Shown: piece after piece, positions 29,357-37,054 of the stretch | Numbering within the stretch: position 1 is the stretch's first letter | Layout of the letters: each line of letters opens with the position of its first letter | NCBI GenBank assembly: GCA_021199795.1 | Contig: JAJQHJ010000034.1 | Span: forward strand, 27,270-91,269 | Origin: Oscillospiraceae bacterium | GTDB taxonomy: Bacteria; Bacillota; Clostridia; Oscillospirales; Ruminococcaceae | Reading direction: 5' to 3' | Length of the DNA stretch: 64,000 nucleotides | Position numbers and translations under genes: made by a program | Notes under the pieces: generated by a model | What the model was told of the DNA's origin: nothing | The model's input: the letters and a program-made list of their open reading frames with translations, nothing else | Databases searched by the model: none

Positions 29357-29474
29357 AATTTTTTGCAAGCAAAAAATTCGCAACTCTTCGCAAGAAGCTT
29401 CGCTTCTTGCAGTTAGCACGAGTACTTCACTTTGTGCGTTTAGTTGGGAGCCGAGTTTACCAAAGTTGACTCGG
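29356..29474 (+). promoter_or_regulatory. three perfect hairpins in the rpsK-rpsD spacer (candidate rpsD leader / processing or pause sites)
   Basis: GAATTTTTTGC-AA-GCAAAAAATTC at 29356-29379, GCAAGAAGC-TTC-GCTTCTTGC at 29390-29410, and CCGAGT-N12-ACTCGG at 29451-29474. None has a clean T-tract. Confidence 0.4.
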
Positions 29475-29520
29475 AGTCGGGATTCAGTCTCGATATTATT
29501 TAAAAACGGAGGATATAATT

Positions 29521-30117
29521 ATGGCAGTAAATAAGGAGCCTATACTCAAAAAGTGTGCAGCTCTCGGAATCAGCCCGATGGTTATGGGTGTTGGCAAGGA
29601 AACCAAGCGCAACCCCAAGGCCAATGTAAGAAAGAAAGAATCAGAATACGCTAAGCAGCTCAAGGAAAAGCAGAAGCTCAAGTTTATCTATGGCGTTCTT
29701 GAAAAGCAGTTCAGACATATCTATGAAAGAGCTGAGAAGATGGAAGGTCAGGCAGGTGCTAACCTTATAACACTTCTCGAAGAGAGACTTGACAATGTCG
29801 TCTTCAGAATGGGTCTTGCAACCACCAGACGTGAAGCAAGACAGCTCGTTTCCCACGGTCATTTCAGTGTAAATGGCTCAAGAGTCGACATTCCTTCATA
29901 CAGAGTTAAGGTCGGCGACGTTATTTCCCTGAGAGAGAACTCCAAGAAGAGCGAAAAGTTCAAGGAAATTGTCGAGGATACCGACAAGAGACTTGTTCCC
30001 TCATGGCTTGACAAGGACAAGGAAAACCTCACCGCAACTGTAGTCAGAGTTCCCGTCAAGGAAGATCTCGACTATGAGGTTGAGGAGCATATGATTGTCG
30101 AGTTGTACTCCAAATAA
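29521..30117 (+). CDS. rpsD: 30S ribosomal protein S4
   Basis: 198 aa, LEERLDNVVFRMGLATTRREARQLVSHGHFSVNG. Confidence 0.96.
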   Translation: MAVNKEPILKKCAALGISPMVMGVGKETKRNPKANVRKKESEYAKQLKEKQKLKFIYGVLEKQFRHIYERAEKMEGQAGANLITLLEERLDNVVFRMGLATTRREARQLVSHGHFSVNGSRVDIPSYRVKVGDVISLRENSKKSEKFKEIVEDTDKRLVPSWLDKDKENLTATVVRVPVKEDLDYEVEEHMIVELYSK

Positions 30118-30296
30118 TCGGTTCGAGATTATACATTGGATACCCTGTTCTGCTTGTGCGAATGTGTTGCGTATTATGCAACAGTTCGCATGATGGCAGT
30201 ATCAGCGGGAGGGCAATAGATTTCGGTTGCGCTTCATGGGAGGACTTCTCTCAGAATCCACGCAGGCGGAATCACCGATAGTAAATGGAGGCTATA

Positions 30297-31259
30297 ATGC
30301 TAGAAAAAATCGAGAAGCCGGATATAAATATAGTCGATCTCAAGAGCAACGGCACCTACGGCAAGTTTGTCCTTGAACCGTTGGAGCGTGGCTATGGTAC
30401 GACTATCGGCAACAGTCTTAGACGTGTATTGCTTTCATCGCTTCCCGGCGTCGCCGTCACCTCAGTCAAGATAGACGGTGTACAGCACGAATTTTCCACA
30501 GTTCCTGGAGTCAAGGAGGATGTCGCAGAGATTATCCTTAACTTAAAGGGACTAACAGCCAAGCTTTACTGCGACGGTCCGAAGACCGTTTATGTTGAAG
30601 CCGAGGGCGAGCGCGAGGTAACAGCGGGCGACATCAAGACCGATTCTGAGGTTGAGATTTTGGTTCCCGACATGCACATCGCAACTCTTGGCGAGGGCGC
30701 AAAGCTGTATATGGAGATAACTCTCGACAGAGGCAGAGGCTACGTTTCAGCCGAAAAGAACAAGACCTATATGGTCAACGCCCCCATCGGCGTAATCGCA
30801 GTAGACAGTATTTACACACCGGTTCTCAAGGTCAACTACAGCGTTGAGAACACCCGTGTAGGACAGATAACCGACTTTGATAAGCTCACATTAGAGGTGT
30901 GGACCGACGGCGTCATTTCCGCAAAGGAAGCCGTTTCTATGGCAGCCAAACTCCTCAACGAGCATCTTAATCTGTTCGTCAACCTCTCGGAGGAGACAAT
31001 AGTTGACGAGATCATGACAGAGAAAGAAAACAAGACAAAGGACAAGGTTCTTGAGATGACCATTGAGGAACTTGACTTGTCGGTACGTTCATTCAACTGC
31101 CTGAAGAGAGCAGGAATCAACACTGTCAGCGATCTGGCTGAGAAGACTGAGGAAGAAATGATGAAGGTCAGAAACCTCGGTAAGAAGTCGTTTGAGGAAG
31201 TCAAGACAAGGCTCGCTTCACTCGGCGTCGAAATGAACTCAAGCAACAACGAGGAATAA
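30297..31259 (+). CDS. rpoA: DNA-directed RNA polymerase subunit alpha
   Basis: Start moved to ATG 30297 (MLEKIEKP), behind [23 protein letters not shown]...[17 protein letters not shown]. Confidence 0.96.
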   Translation: MLEKIEKPDINIVDLKSNGTYGKFVLEPLERGYGTTIGNSLRRVLLSSLPGVAVTSVKIDGVQHEFSTVPGVKEDVAEIILNLKGLTAKLYCDGPKTVYVEAEGEREVTAGDIKTDSEVEILVPDMHIATLGEGAKLYMEITLDRGRGYVSAEKNKTYMVNAPIGVIAVDSIYTPVLKVNYSVENTRVGQITDFDKLTLEVWTDGVISAKEAVSMAAKLLNEHLNLFVNLSEETIVDEIMTEKENKTKDKVLEMTIEELDLSVRSFNCLKRAGINTVSDLAEKTEEEMMKVRNLGKKSFEEVKTRLASLGVEMNSSNNEE

Positions 31260-31280
31260 CAAAGTAAGGAGTGAAATTCA

Positions 31281-31619
31281 ATGCCGGCAAGAAAATTGGG
31301 CAGAACCACTGACCAGAGACGGGCAATGCTCAGAGCTATGGTAACATTTCTGCTTGAAAACGGTAAGATAGAGACCACAGTAACCAGAGCCAAGGAAGTT
31401 CAGAGCGTAGCTGAGAAGATGATTACTCTCGGCAAGGCTGGAGACCTCCACTCGAAGAGACAGATCTATGCATACATCACAAAAGAGGATGTTGCAAGAA
31501 AGCTGATTAACGAGATAGCTCCGAAGTATGCCGACCGCAACGGCGGCTACACCAGAATTATCAAGACCGGTCCCAGACGCGGCGACGCTGCTGAGATGGC
31601 TATAATTCAGTTGGTCTGA
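31281..31619 (+). CDS. rplQ: 50S ribosomal protein L17
   Basis: 112 aa, [18 protein letters not shown]...GGYTRI. Confidence 0.96.
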   Translation: MPARKLGRTTDQRRAMLRAMVTFLLENGKIETTVTRAKEVQSVAEKMITLGKAGDLHSKRQIYAYITKEDVARKLINEIAPKYADRNGGYTRIIKTGPRRGDAAEMAIIQLV

Positions 31620-31651
31620 TTCAGAGAATACACATACACGCATAACCAACA

Positions 31652-31687
31652 CCCCGTCCGGACGAGAGTCCAGGCGGGGTTGTTTTG
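31652..31687 (+). terminator. intrinsic terminator ending the ribosomal cluster
   Basis: CCCCGTCCGG-loop-CCAGGCGGGG stem followed by TTGTTTTG. Confidence 0.7.
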
Positions 31688-31721
31688 TCAGTTCTTGTTC
31701 TGTTTCTGTCGAGATGGGGAG

Positions 31722-32309
31722 TTACTGCGAAAGGCTTTCTGCCGGGGGCAGATTTCCAAGAGCTTTCATATACTCCATGACACCCCCAGACACCAATCTC
31801 TGCATCAGCTCGCTGATTTCTTCGGGGCTGATGTCTTTATTATTTTCATGCCAACGCTCCAGGAGTCCGAACATGGCAGAGTTGACGAATGCGATAAGGT
31901 AGTCGAAATTCTCAGAGTCCGGACGGACGGGGATGTACTTCGAAGCGAGAGGAATCAGCTCGGCTCTTACCCTCGACAGGAAGCTCGAGTCGCCATTCGG
32001 ACCCAATAGAATATAAATTTCCTCGTTCATCGCGGAAAAGACCATCCGGAAGAATTCCGTTGGTGGTTTTTCATCCGATATGGATGTCTGAGCCACTTTT
32101 TTGACGTCCTCTATCAGCTTATTCTCGACATAGGACAATAAATCGTCGGTGTCCAAAAAGTATTCATAGAATGTGCTGCGGTTATATCCGGCAAGCCTGG
32201 TGAGCTCGCTAACAGCAATCTTTGAGACCGGCTTTTCCTTTGCCAGAGCCCAAAAGGCATCGACAAACTTTTGCCTTGTTCTATCAGTGATTTCCGGTTG
32301 TTTTTTCAT
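31722..32309 (-). CDS. TetR/AcrR-family transcriptional repressor
   Basis: 195 aa. N-terminal HTH RQKFVDAFWALAKEKPVSKIAVSELTRLAGYNRSTFYEYF. Divergent from the operon at 32463. Confidence 0.85.
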   Translation of the reverse strand: MKKQPEITDRTRQKFVDAFWALAKEKPVSKIAVSELTRLAGYNRSTFYEYFLDTDDLLSYVENKLIEDVKKVAQTSISDEKPPTEFFRMVFSAMNEEIYILLGPNGDSSFLSRVRAELIPLASKYIPVRPDSENFDYLIAFVNSAMFGLLERWHENNKDISPEEISELMQRLVSGGVMEYMKALGNLPPAESLSQ

Positions 32310-32327
32310 CTAAAATCGCCTCTTTTA

Positions 32328-32420
32328 AATTATCCGACAGTTTCAAAGAAATTGGGGGTTGATAATGTCTCCGAACTGAGTATAATATATATTATACAAC
32401 AGGCTGTTGGATAAAGTCAA
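32328..32420. promoter_or_regulatory. divergent promoter/operator module, copy A
   Basis: Plus strand: half-site AATTATCCGACA (32328-32339), -35 TTGATA (32359-32364), a 16-nt spacer, -10 TATAAT (32381-32386), and palindrome TACAACA-GGC-TGTTGGA (32395-32411). Minus strand: TTGACT (rc of 32415-32420), an 18-nt spacer containing the palindrome, then TATAAT (rc of 32391-32396), facing tetR. Confidence 0.6.
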
Positions 32421-32462
32421 GACAATTCTTCCGTATTTTTTTCAGAGAGGAGGGCGAGTGTG

Positions 32463-32783
32463 ATGAGCGTTCGTATCCTGAAAGAATGGTTCAAGTGGCG
32501 TAATGACTGGGATTCCCTGTGTAATCGCTGCGGAAAGTGCTGTTACACCCGCTCTGTCGGCTCTGATGGCAAGGTTATTATTCACTATAACAACCCCTGC
32601 GAATATCTTGACACAAAGACAAACCTGTGCCGTGTATATGATGAGCGATTCAAGAAGTGCAACCACTGTGGGAAACTGACTTTATATACGGCACTGTTCA
32701 ATACCACGCTGCCGGAGGATTGCCCGTATGTGACAACTTTCCGGCTGTGGGAATGTGGTCACGACCACAACGAAAACGATTAG
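32463..32783 (+). CDS. small Cys-rich CxxCxxCC (YkgJ/UPF0153-type) putative Fe-S or Zn protein
   Basis: CNRCGKCC motif plus further Cys pairs (CEYL...CRVY...CNHCG). GGAGGG sits 9 nt upstream of ATG 32463. Confidence 0.65.
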   Translation: MSVRILKEWFKWRNDWDSLCNRCGKCCYTRSVGSDGKVIIHYNNPCEYLDTKTNLCRVYDERFKKCNHCGKLTLYTALFNTTLPEDCPYVTTFRLWECGHDHNEND

Positions 32784-32794
32784 GAGGCACAATT

Positions 32795-33487
32795 ATGGCA
32801 ACTTACGAACCAACACAGGAAGCAATGAAAAAGGCAATGTATGAAAGGCACACCGTCCGCAAGTACACGGGCGACAAGCTCCCGCAGGACATTGTTGAAA
32901 AGCTCAACGAAAGAATAGAGGAGAACAACAAAAAATATGCTCTGAACATCCAGCTTGTTACCGACAACAAGGAGGCTATGCCCGGAATCATGGCTGCAAC
33001 CATGTCTAAAAACGTCCTGAACTACATGATTCTTGCCGGTTCCGACAAGATGTCGACCGACGAAACGCTTGGATATGTCAGTGCCGACCTCATGCTTTAT
33101 GCTCAGACGTTGGGCTTAAACACCTGGTGGATAGGCGGAATGTACAGCAAGAAGAACGCAAGGAAGAATTCCAGCTCTCCCGAGGGCTCGAAGATTATAG
33201 GTGTTGTTGCCGTCGGCTACGGTATGGAGCAGGGCGTTCCGCATAAGTCGAAGCCCATGGATGAGGTTTCCTCCTATGATGGCGAAGCTCCCGATTGGTT
33301 CAAGGCTGGAGTTGAAGCAGCACTCTTAGCTCCCACAGGTATGAACCGTCAGGAATTCACCGTAAAGGGCTCCGGCAACGAGGTTACTATGACCGTTCCC
33401 GATGCATCTTTCGCAAAAGCCGACCTTGGAATCTGCAAGTACCACTTTGAACTCGGAGCGGGAAAGGAAAACTTCACCTGGAAGTAA
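32795..33487 (+). CDS. nitroreductase-family flavoprotein
   Basis: Track ORF 32657 trimmed to ATG 32795, behind TAGGAGG. ERHTVRKYTGDKLPQDIVEKL... matches the nitroreductase N-terminus. Confidence 0.75.
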   Translation: MATYEPTQEAMKKAMYERHTVRKYTGDKLPQDIVEKLNERIEENNKKYALNIQLVTDNKEAMPGIMAATMSKNVLNYMILAGSDKMSTDETLGYVSADLMLYAQTLGLNTWWIGGMYSKKNARKNSSSPEGSKIIGVVAVGYGMEQGVPHKSKPMDEVSSYDGEAPDWFKAGVEAALLAPTGMNRQEFTVKGSGNEVTMTVPDASFAKADLGICKYHFELGAGKENFTWK

Positions 33488-33598
33488 TTCAGTCATCAGT
33501 ACCTCCACAGTCATATAGATAGCGCACCGCCCACCGAAGAAGCAACGATTTGGTGGGCTGGTGCTTGTAACCACGCCTGAAGATATGGAGATGATTTT

Positions 33599-34348
33599 AT
33601 GAGATATGAGTCAAGTCAGTTGAGAGAAAACATGGACAAGAGCAGTAGGACAGTCGCGGTGACAGGTGCCGGAATTTCATATCTGTATGGTATGAGGCGG
33701 CTTAAGCAGAGTGTAGGACTGATGAATTCAAGGCAGGTTCTTTCACCCTCCTTTGTGAGAAGCAATCCGGATGAATTCTATAGAATTGTCAAAACCTCGT
33801 TTTTGGATGCGACATTCGTGAAGGGTCCAAGCAAGGTTCACAAGCAGCTAGCGACTCTTGAGAAATGTGGCTTGCTTTATGGGATAGTAACCCAGAACAT
33901 GGACTGTCTGCACACTGTAGCCGGTTCAAAGAATGTTGTCGAGTTCCAGGGAAGCTTTGGAGACAATATCTGCCTGAACTGCGGCACAAGATATACTGAT
34001 TATAAAATCTGGAATCAGGGACATGCGCCGGTCTGCGAAAAGTGCGGCTCACCCATTATGCCGACCACTTTCTGCCGGGACAACAAACTCAGCGAACAGA
34101 TTTCAAAAGAGAGCATGAAAAAAGCACAAGAAATGATTTCCGAAGCGGACTTAGTGATAATTATCGGCACAACCGGGTTCAGGAGCGACGAATATCTCAA
34201 AAAGATGCGCAAGGGAACCACGCTTGTCCAGATAAATCCGTCGGAAACTCCTCTTGACTCGGTTGCCGACTGGAATATCCGTGCAGATGCAGGAGAGGTT
34301 CTGGATGAAGTAATGAATGGATGGGAGAAGTGCGAAGATGTTCTCTAA
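33599..34348 (+). CDS. SIR2-family protein A, catalytic His replaced by Gln
   Basis: VTGAGIS, TQNMDCLHTVAGS, VVEFQGSF (Gln where the canonical motif has ELHG), and zinc ribbon CLNCG...CEKCG. Lacks GIPDFR and FGE. Confidence 0.85.
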   Translation: MRYESSQLRENMDKSSRTVAVTGAGISYLYGMRRLKQSVGLMNSRQVLSPSFVRSNPDEFYRIVKTSFLDATFVKGPSKVHKQLATLEKCGLLYGIVTQNMDCLHTVAGSKNVVEFQGSFGDNICLNCGTRYTDYKIWNQGHAPVCEKCGSPIMPTTFCRDNKLSEQISKESMKKAQEMISEADLVIIIGTTGFRSDEYLKKMRKGTTLVQINPSETPLDSVADWNIRADAGEVLDEVMNGWEKCEDVL

Positions 34349-35051
34349 ATCGGGCTTCGACGACAAGATACAGAGATTTTCAGAATATGTTGACAACAGC
34401 AACCACATAGTTGCAATCACCGGCGCAGGGATTTCTATTTCCGGCGGAGGAGTGAGCTACAGTCAGCTTTCCCGCACCATCAGACCGGGCGGCAGCTTTG
34501 AGAGCGAATCATTCCTTAAGTCCTATGTCAAAGCCATGCATCACTACAAGCCGAGCCTGAGCCATTATGCCTTGGCGGATCTGGAACGTGAGGGCAAGCT
34601 CATAGGGATTATCACGACGAACGAGGACTGTATGCACACCATTGCGGGTTCGCAAAACGTTGCCGAAATTCAGGGAAGCTTCCAGATCAACCGCTGTAAG
34701 GATTGCGGCAGGCACTATGACGGCTACGAGATATGGAACCAGGATGAGCTTCCGAAGTGCGATTCCTGCGGAGGGACAATTCTCCCGTGGGAGCTCTACA
34801 GCCACATCGGACTCTGGAACGACGGCGTCCGGGATGCACAGAAGTGGATTTCGGATGCAGACCTTATAATTGTAATCGGCACCAACGGCTACTATGGTGG
34901 TGCCTATTGGAGCTACCGGAGAAGCGATGCCGTGATTGTTCAGATAAATCCGGGTCACACAGCCTTTGACCGGGTTGCGGATCTGAATATTCGCGAAGAA
35001 TGCGACGAGGTGTTCAAAGAACTGAAAGAAAGGCGGAGTAGAAATGCCTGA
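34338..35051 (+). CDS. SIR2-family protein B (paralogue of A), catalytic His replaced by Gln
   Basis: Start moved to ATG 34338, overlapping the stop of A by 11 nt. ITGAGIS, TTNEDCMHTIAGS, VAEIQGSF, CKDCG...CDSCG. Confidence 0.85.
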   Translation: MFSKSGFDDKIQRFSEYVDNSNHIVAITGAGISISGGGVSYSQLSRTIRPGGSFESESFLKSYVKAMHHYKPSLSHYALADLEREGKLIGIITTNEDCMHTIAGSQNVAEIQGSFQINRCKDCGRHYDGYEIWNQDELPKCDSCGGTILPWELYSHIGLWNDGVRDAQKWISDADLIIVIGTNGYYGGAYWSYRRSDAVIVQINPGHTAFDRVADLNIREECDEVFKELKERRSRNA

Positions 35052-36021
35052 TGAGAAGATGCAAGAGCTTGCCGAGAAGATGCGTGAAGCCGAAAACAAG
35101 GGCTTGACTGAAGAAGAGATCAAGGCTCGCGACGAAGAAAGAGAGAAGCGCAGGCTCGAAAACATCCGTATTCTTGAGGATACACTTGATATTCTTGAAA
35201 AAGGATGCTATCAAAAGGGCAGCTCTGAAATTAGTCTCGGATTCTCAATGGATGAGATGAAAGAGGCGAGAGTTTATCTCCCGGAAGATATCAGGGCTAT
35301 CGAGAAGTCAGCACCTGTTGAAAGGTATTCTACAGACCGGGATATAAGCTGGATTTTCAGCTGCGAAAATGAGGACGCACTCGTTCTTGCAAGCAGAAGA
35401 TACATCGAAATGAAAAATGCCGGGGACTTCTCGCCGAAAGTCATGGTTCTGAACCTTGCCAGTGCCACCGAGCCGGGAGGTCACACCCGCAAAGGCGCAG
35501 GTGCACAGGAGGAAGACTTGTGTAGGAGGTCGTCTTTGCTTATGTCTCTTGAGAGCGATAACGCAAAGAAGTATTACGACTATAACAACTCATCCAAGAC
35601 ACATATGGGCTCTGATGGAATCGTCATGTCACACAACGTCGAGGTTATAAAAAACCGAAGCTGCGAAACCCTTGTGAAGCCGTTTGAGATAACCGTTATG
35701 ACCTGCTCGGCACCTATGATACGGATGGGGCTTGAGGGAATGTCGCAGGACGAGTATGAAGAAATGCTCGGAACACGTATTCGTGGAATGCTGACGGTCG
35801 CTGCAACTGAAAAATATCGCCATTTAATCTTAGGCGCATTCGGTTGCGGAGTGTATGGAAATGACGCTAAAACCGTTGCAAAGCTGTTCCATGAAGCGAT
35901 TACCGCCTTTTCCTATGCCGGAAAGCCAGCAGAAGCACTCTTTGATTCGATTGACTTCGCCGTCATGTGCAAGCCAGAAAAGGATTATAATTACAATGAA
36001 TTTTGCAAGTATTTTTCGTGA
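35044..36021 (+). CDS. bacterial-type poly/mono(ADP-ribose) glycohydrolase-like protein (DUF2263 / TIGR02452 family)
   Basis: ATG 35044 overlaps the stop of SIR2-B (ATGCCTGA). PARG-type signature LNLASATEPGGHTRKGAGAQEEDLCRRSSL (GG-X8-QEE). Charged coiled N-terminus. Confidence 0.75.
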   Translation: MPDEKMQELAEKMREAENKGLTEEEIKARDEEREKRRLENIRILEDTLDILEKGCYQKGSSEISLGFSMDEMKEARVYLPEDIRAIEKSAPVERYSTDRDISWIFSCENEDALVLASRRYIEMKNAGDFSPKVMVLNLASATEPGGHTRKGAGAQEEDLCRRSSLLMSLESDNAKKYYDYNNSSKTHMGSDGIVMSHNVEVIKNRSCETLVKPFEITVMTCSAPMIRMGLEGMSQDEYEEMLGTRIRGMLTVAATEKYRHLILGAFGCGVYGNDAKTVAKLFHEAITAFSYAGKPAEALFDSIDFAVMCKPEKDYNYNEFCKYFS

Positions 36022-36035
36022 TTAAACCGTAGCCG

Positions 36036-36122
36036 AATTATCCGACACTCCCCAAAAAATTGAGGGTTGACACCCGATTTTTGCTGAGTATAATACTAAT
36101 CATACAACAGGTTGTTGGATAA
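36036..36122. promoter_or_regulatory. promoter/operator module, copy B (duplicate of 32328-32420)
   Basis: AATTATCCGACA (36036-36047), TTGACA (36067-36072), a 16-nt spacer, TATAAT (36089-36094), and TACAACA-GGT-TGTTGGA (36103-36119). All boxes keep the same spacing as copy A. Confidence 0.6.
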
Positions 36123-36139
36123 TGACAAGGAGGAATTTT

Positions 36140-37054
36140 ATGCCGGTAATTTCTGTGGACCATTTGACAAAAGACTACGGTCATGGGCGTGGTGTGTTTG
36201 ATGTGTCTATTCAAGTTGAAAAAGGCGAATGCTACGGCTTCCTAGGACCTAACGGTGCCGGGAAGACGACTACAATAAGGCATCTGATGGGCTTTTCAAA
36301 GCCCAAAAAAGGCAAAACTTCTATTTCTGATATGGACAGCTGGGAGCACTCGGCAGAATTAAAGAACACCGTCGGCTATCTTCCCGGAGAAGTAACCCTC
36401 CCGCAGGGGCTTTCCGGAACAGGCTTCCTTAAGATGATGGAGGGTATGCGCAATACCAAAAACGACGATTACTTAAAGATGCTTCTTGACAAGTTCGATC
36501 TCGACCCGAACATCAGCATCAAGCGAATGAGCCTTGGGGTCAAGCGTAAGCTCGCGGTTGTGACAGCTTTCATGCACGACCCGGATATTCTGATTTTAGA
36601 CGAACCCACCTCCGGCTTGGATCCCGTAATGCAGGAGACGTTTATAGACTTTGTGAAAGAGGAAAAAGCCAGAGGCAAGACAATCTTTCTTTCGTCCCAC
36701 ATCTTCCACGAGGTCGATGCTTCCTGCGACAGGATCGCAATAATCCGTGACGGCAGCATCGTTTCGGAATTCAAGTCTAATGAGCTCAAGGCTAGCCATG
36801 ACAGAATATATCGTGTTTCGTTCAAGGATGAAAGCTCATACCAGCGATTTATCGAGAAGCCGCTGCGGTTCACTTCAAAGAACCATGACAAATTAAGAGC
36901 AAGAGTCCAGATTGAGGCGGAAAGAGTCGGTGAGTTGATACAGTGCTTAGGAGATTATGAAATCGCCGACTTTGTTGAGATTCCGTTCACGCTTGAGGAC
37001 TACTTCATGAGCTTCTACGACACAGGTCATCATTTCGAGGGGGTGAGCAGATGA
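36140..37054 (+). CDS. ABC transporter ATP-binding protein 1 (ABC-2 exporter type)
   Basis: Start moved to ATG 36140, behind AAGGAGG. Walker A GPNGAGKTT, signature MSLGVKRK, Walker B ILILDEPTSGLD. Confidence 0.9.
   Translation: MPVISVDHLTKDYGHGRGVFDVSIQVEKGECYGFLGPNGAGKTTTIRHLMGFSKPKKGKTSISDMDSWEHSAELKNTVGYLPGEVTLPQGLSGTGFLKMMEGMRNTKNDDYLKMLLDKFDLDPNISIKRMSLGVKRKLAVVTAFMHDPDILILDEPTSGLDPVMQETFIDFVKEEKARGKTIFLSSHIFHEVDASCDRIAIIRDGSIVSEFKSNELKASHDRIYRVSFKDESSYQRFIEKPLRFTSKNHDKLRARVQIEAERVGELIQCLGDYEIADFVEIPFTLEDYFMSFYDTGHHFEGVSR

Noticed and set aside
31680-32009. 109-aa plus-strand ORF after rplQ
   Set aside because: It starts inside the rplQ terminator and is antisense to the TetR gene, which has a clear HTH.
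33599-35051. SIR2 genes as an anti-phage defence module (Thoeris ThsA, DSR, SIR2-HerA, SIR2-pAgo types)
   Set aside because: The proteins are small, carry the classical sirtuin zinc ribbon, and lack SLOG, TIR, HerA, pAgo or large C-terminal sensor partners. The neighbours are a PARG-type hydrolase, redox enzymes and efflux pumps under TetR. A defence role is not excluded but is not supported by the context.
34509-35165. 218-aa minus-strand ORF opposite SIR2-B
   Set aside because: It is fully antisense to a gene with clear sirtuin motifs and has no start context. I kept only the hypothesis of a non-coding antisense transcript from 36097-36126.
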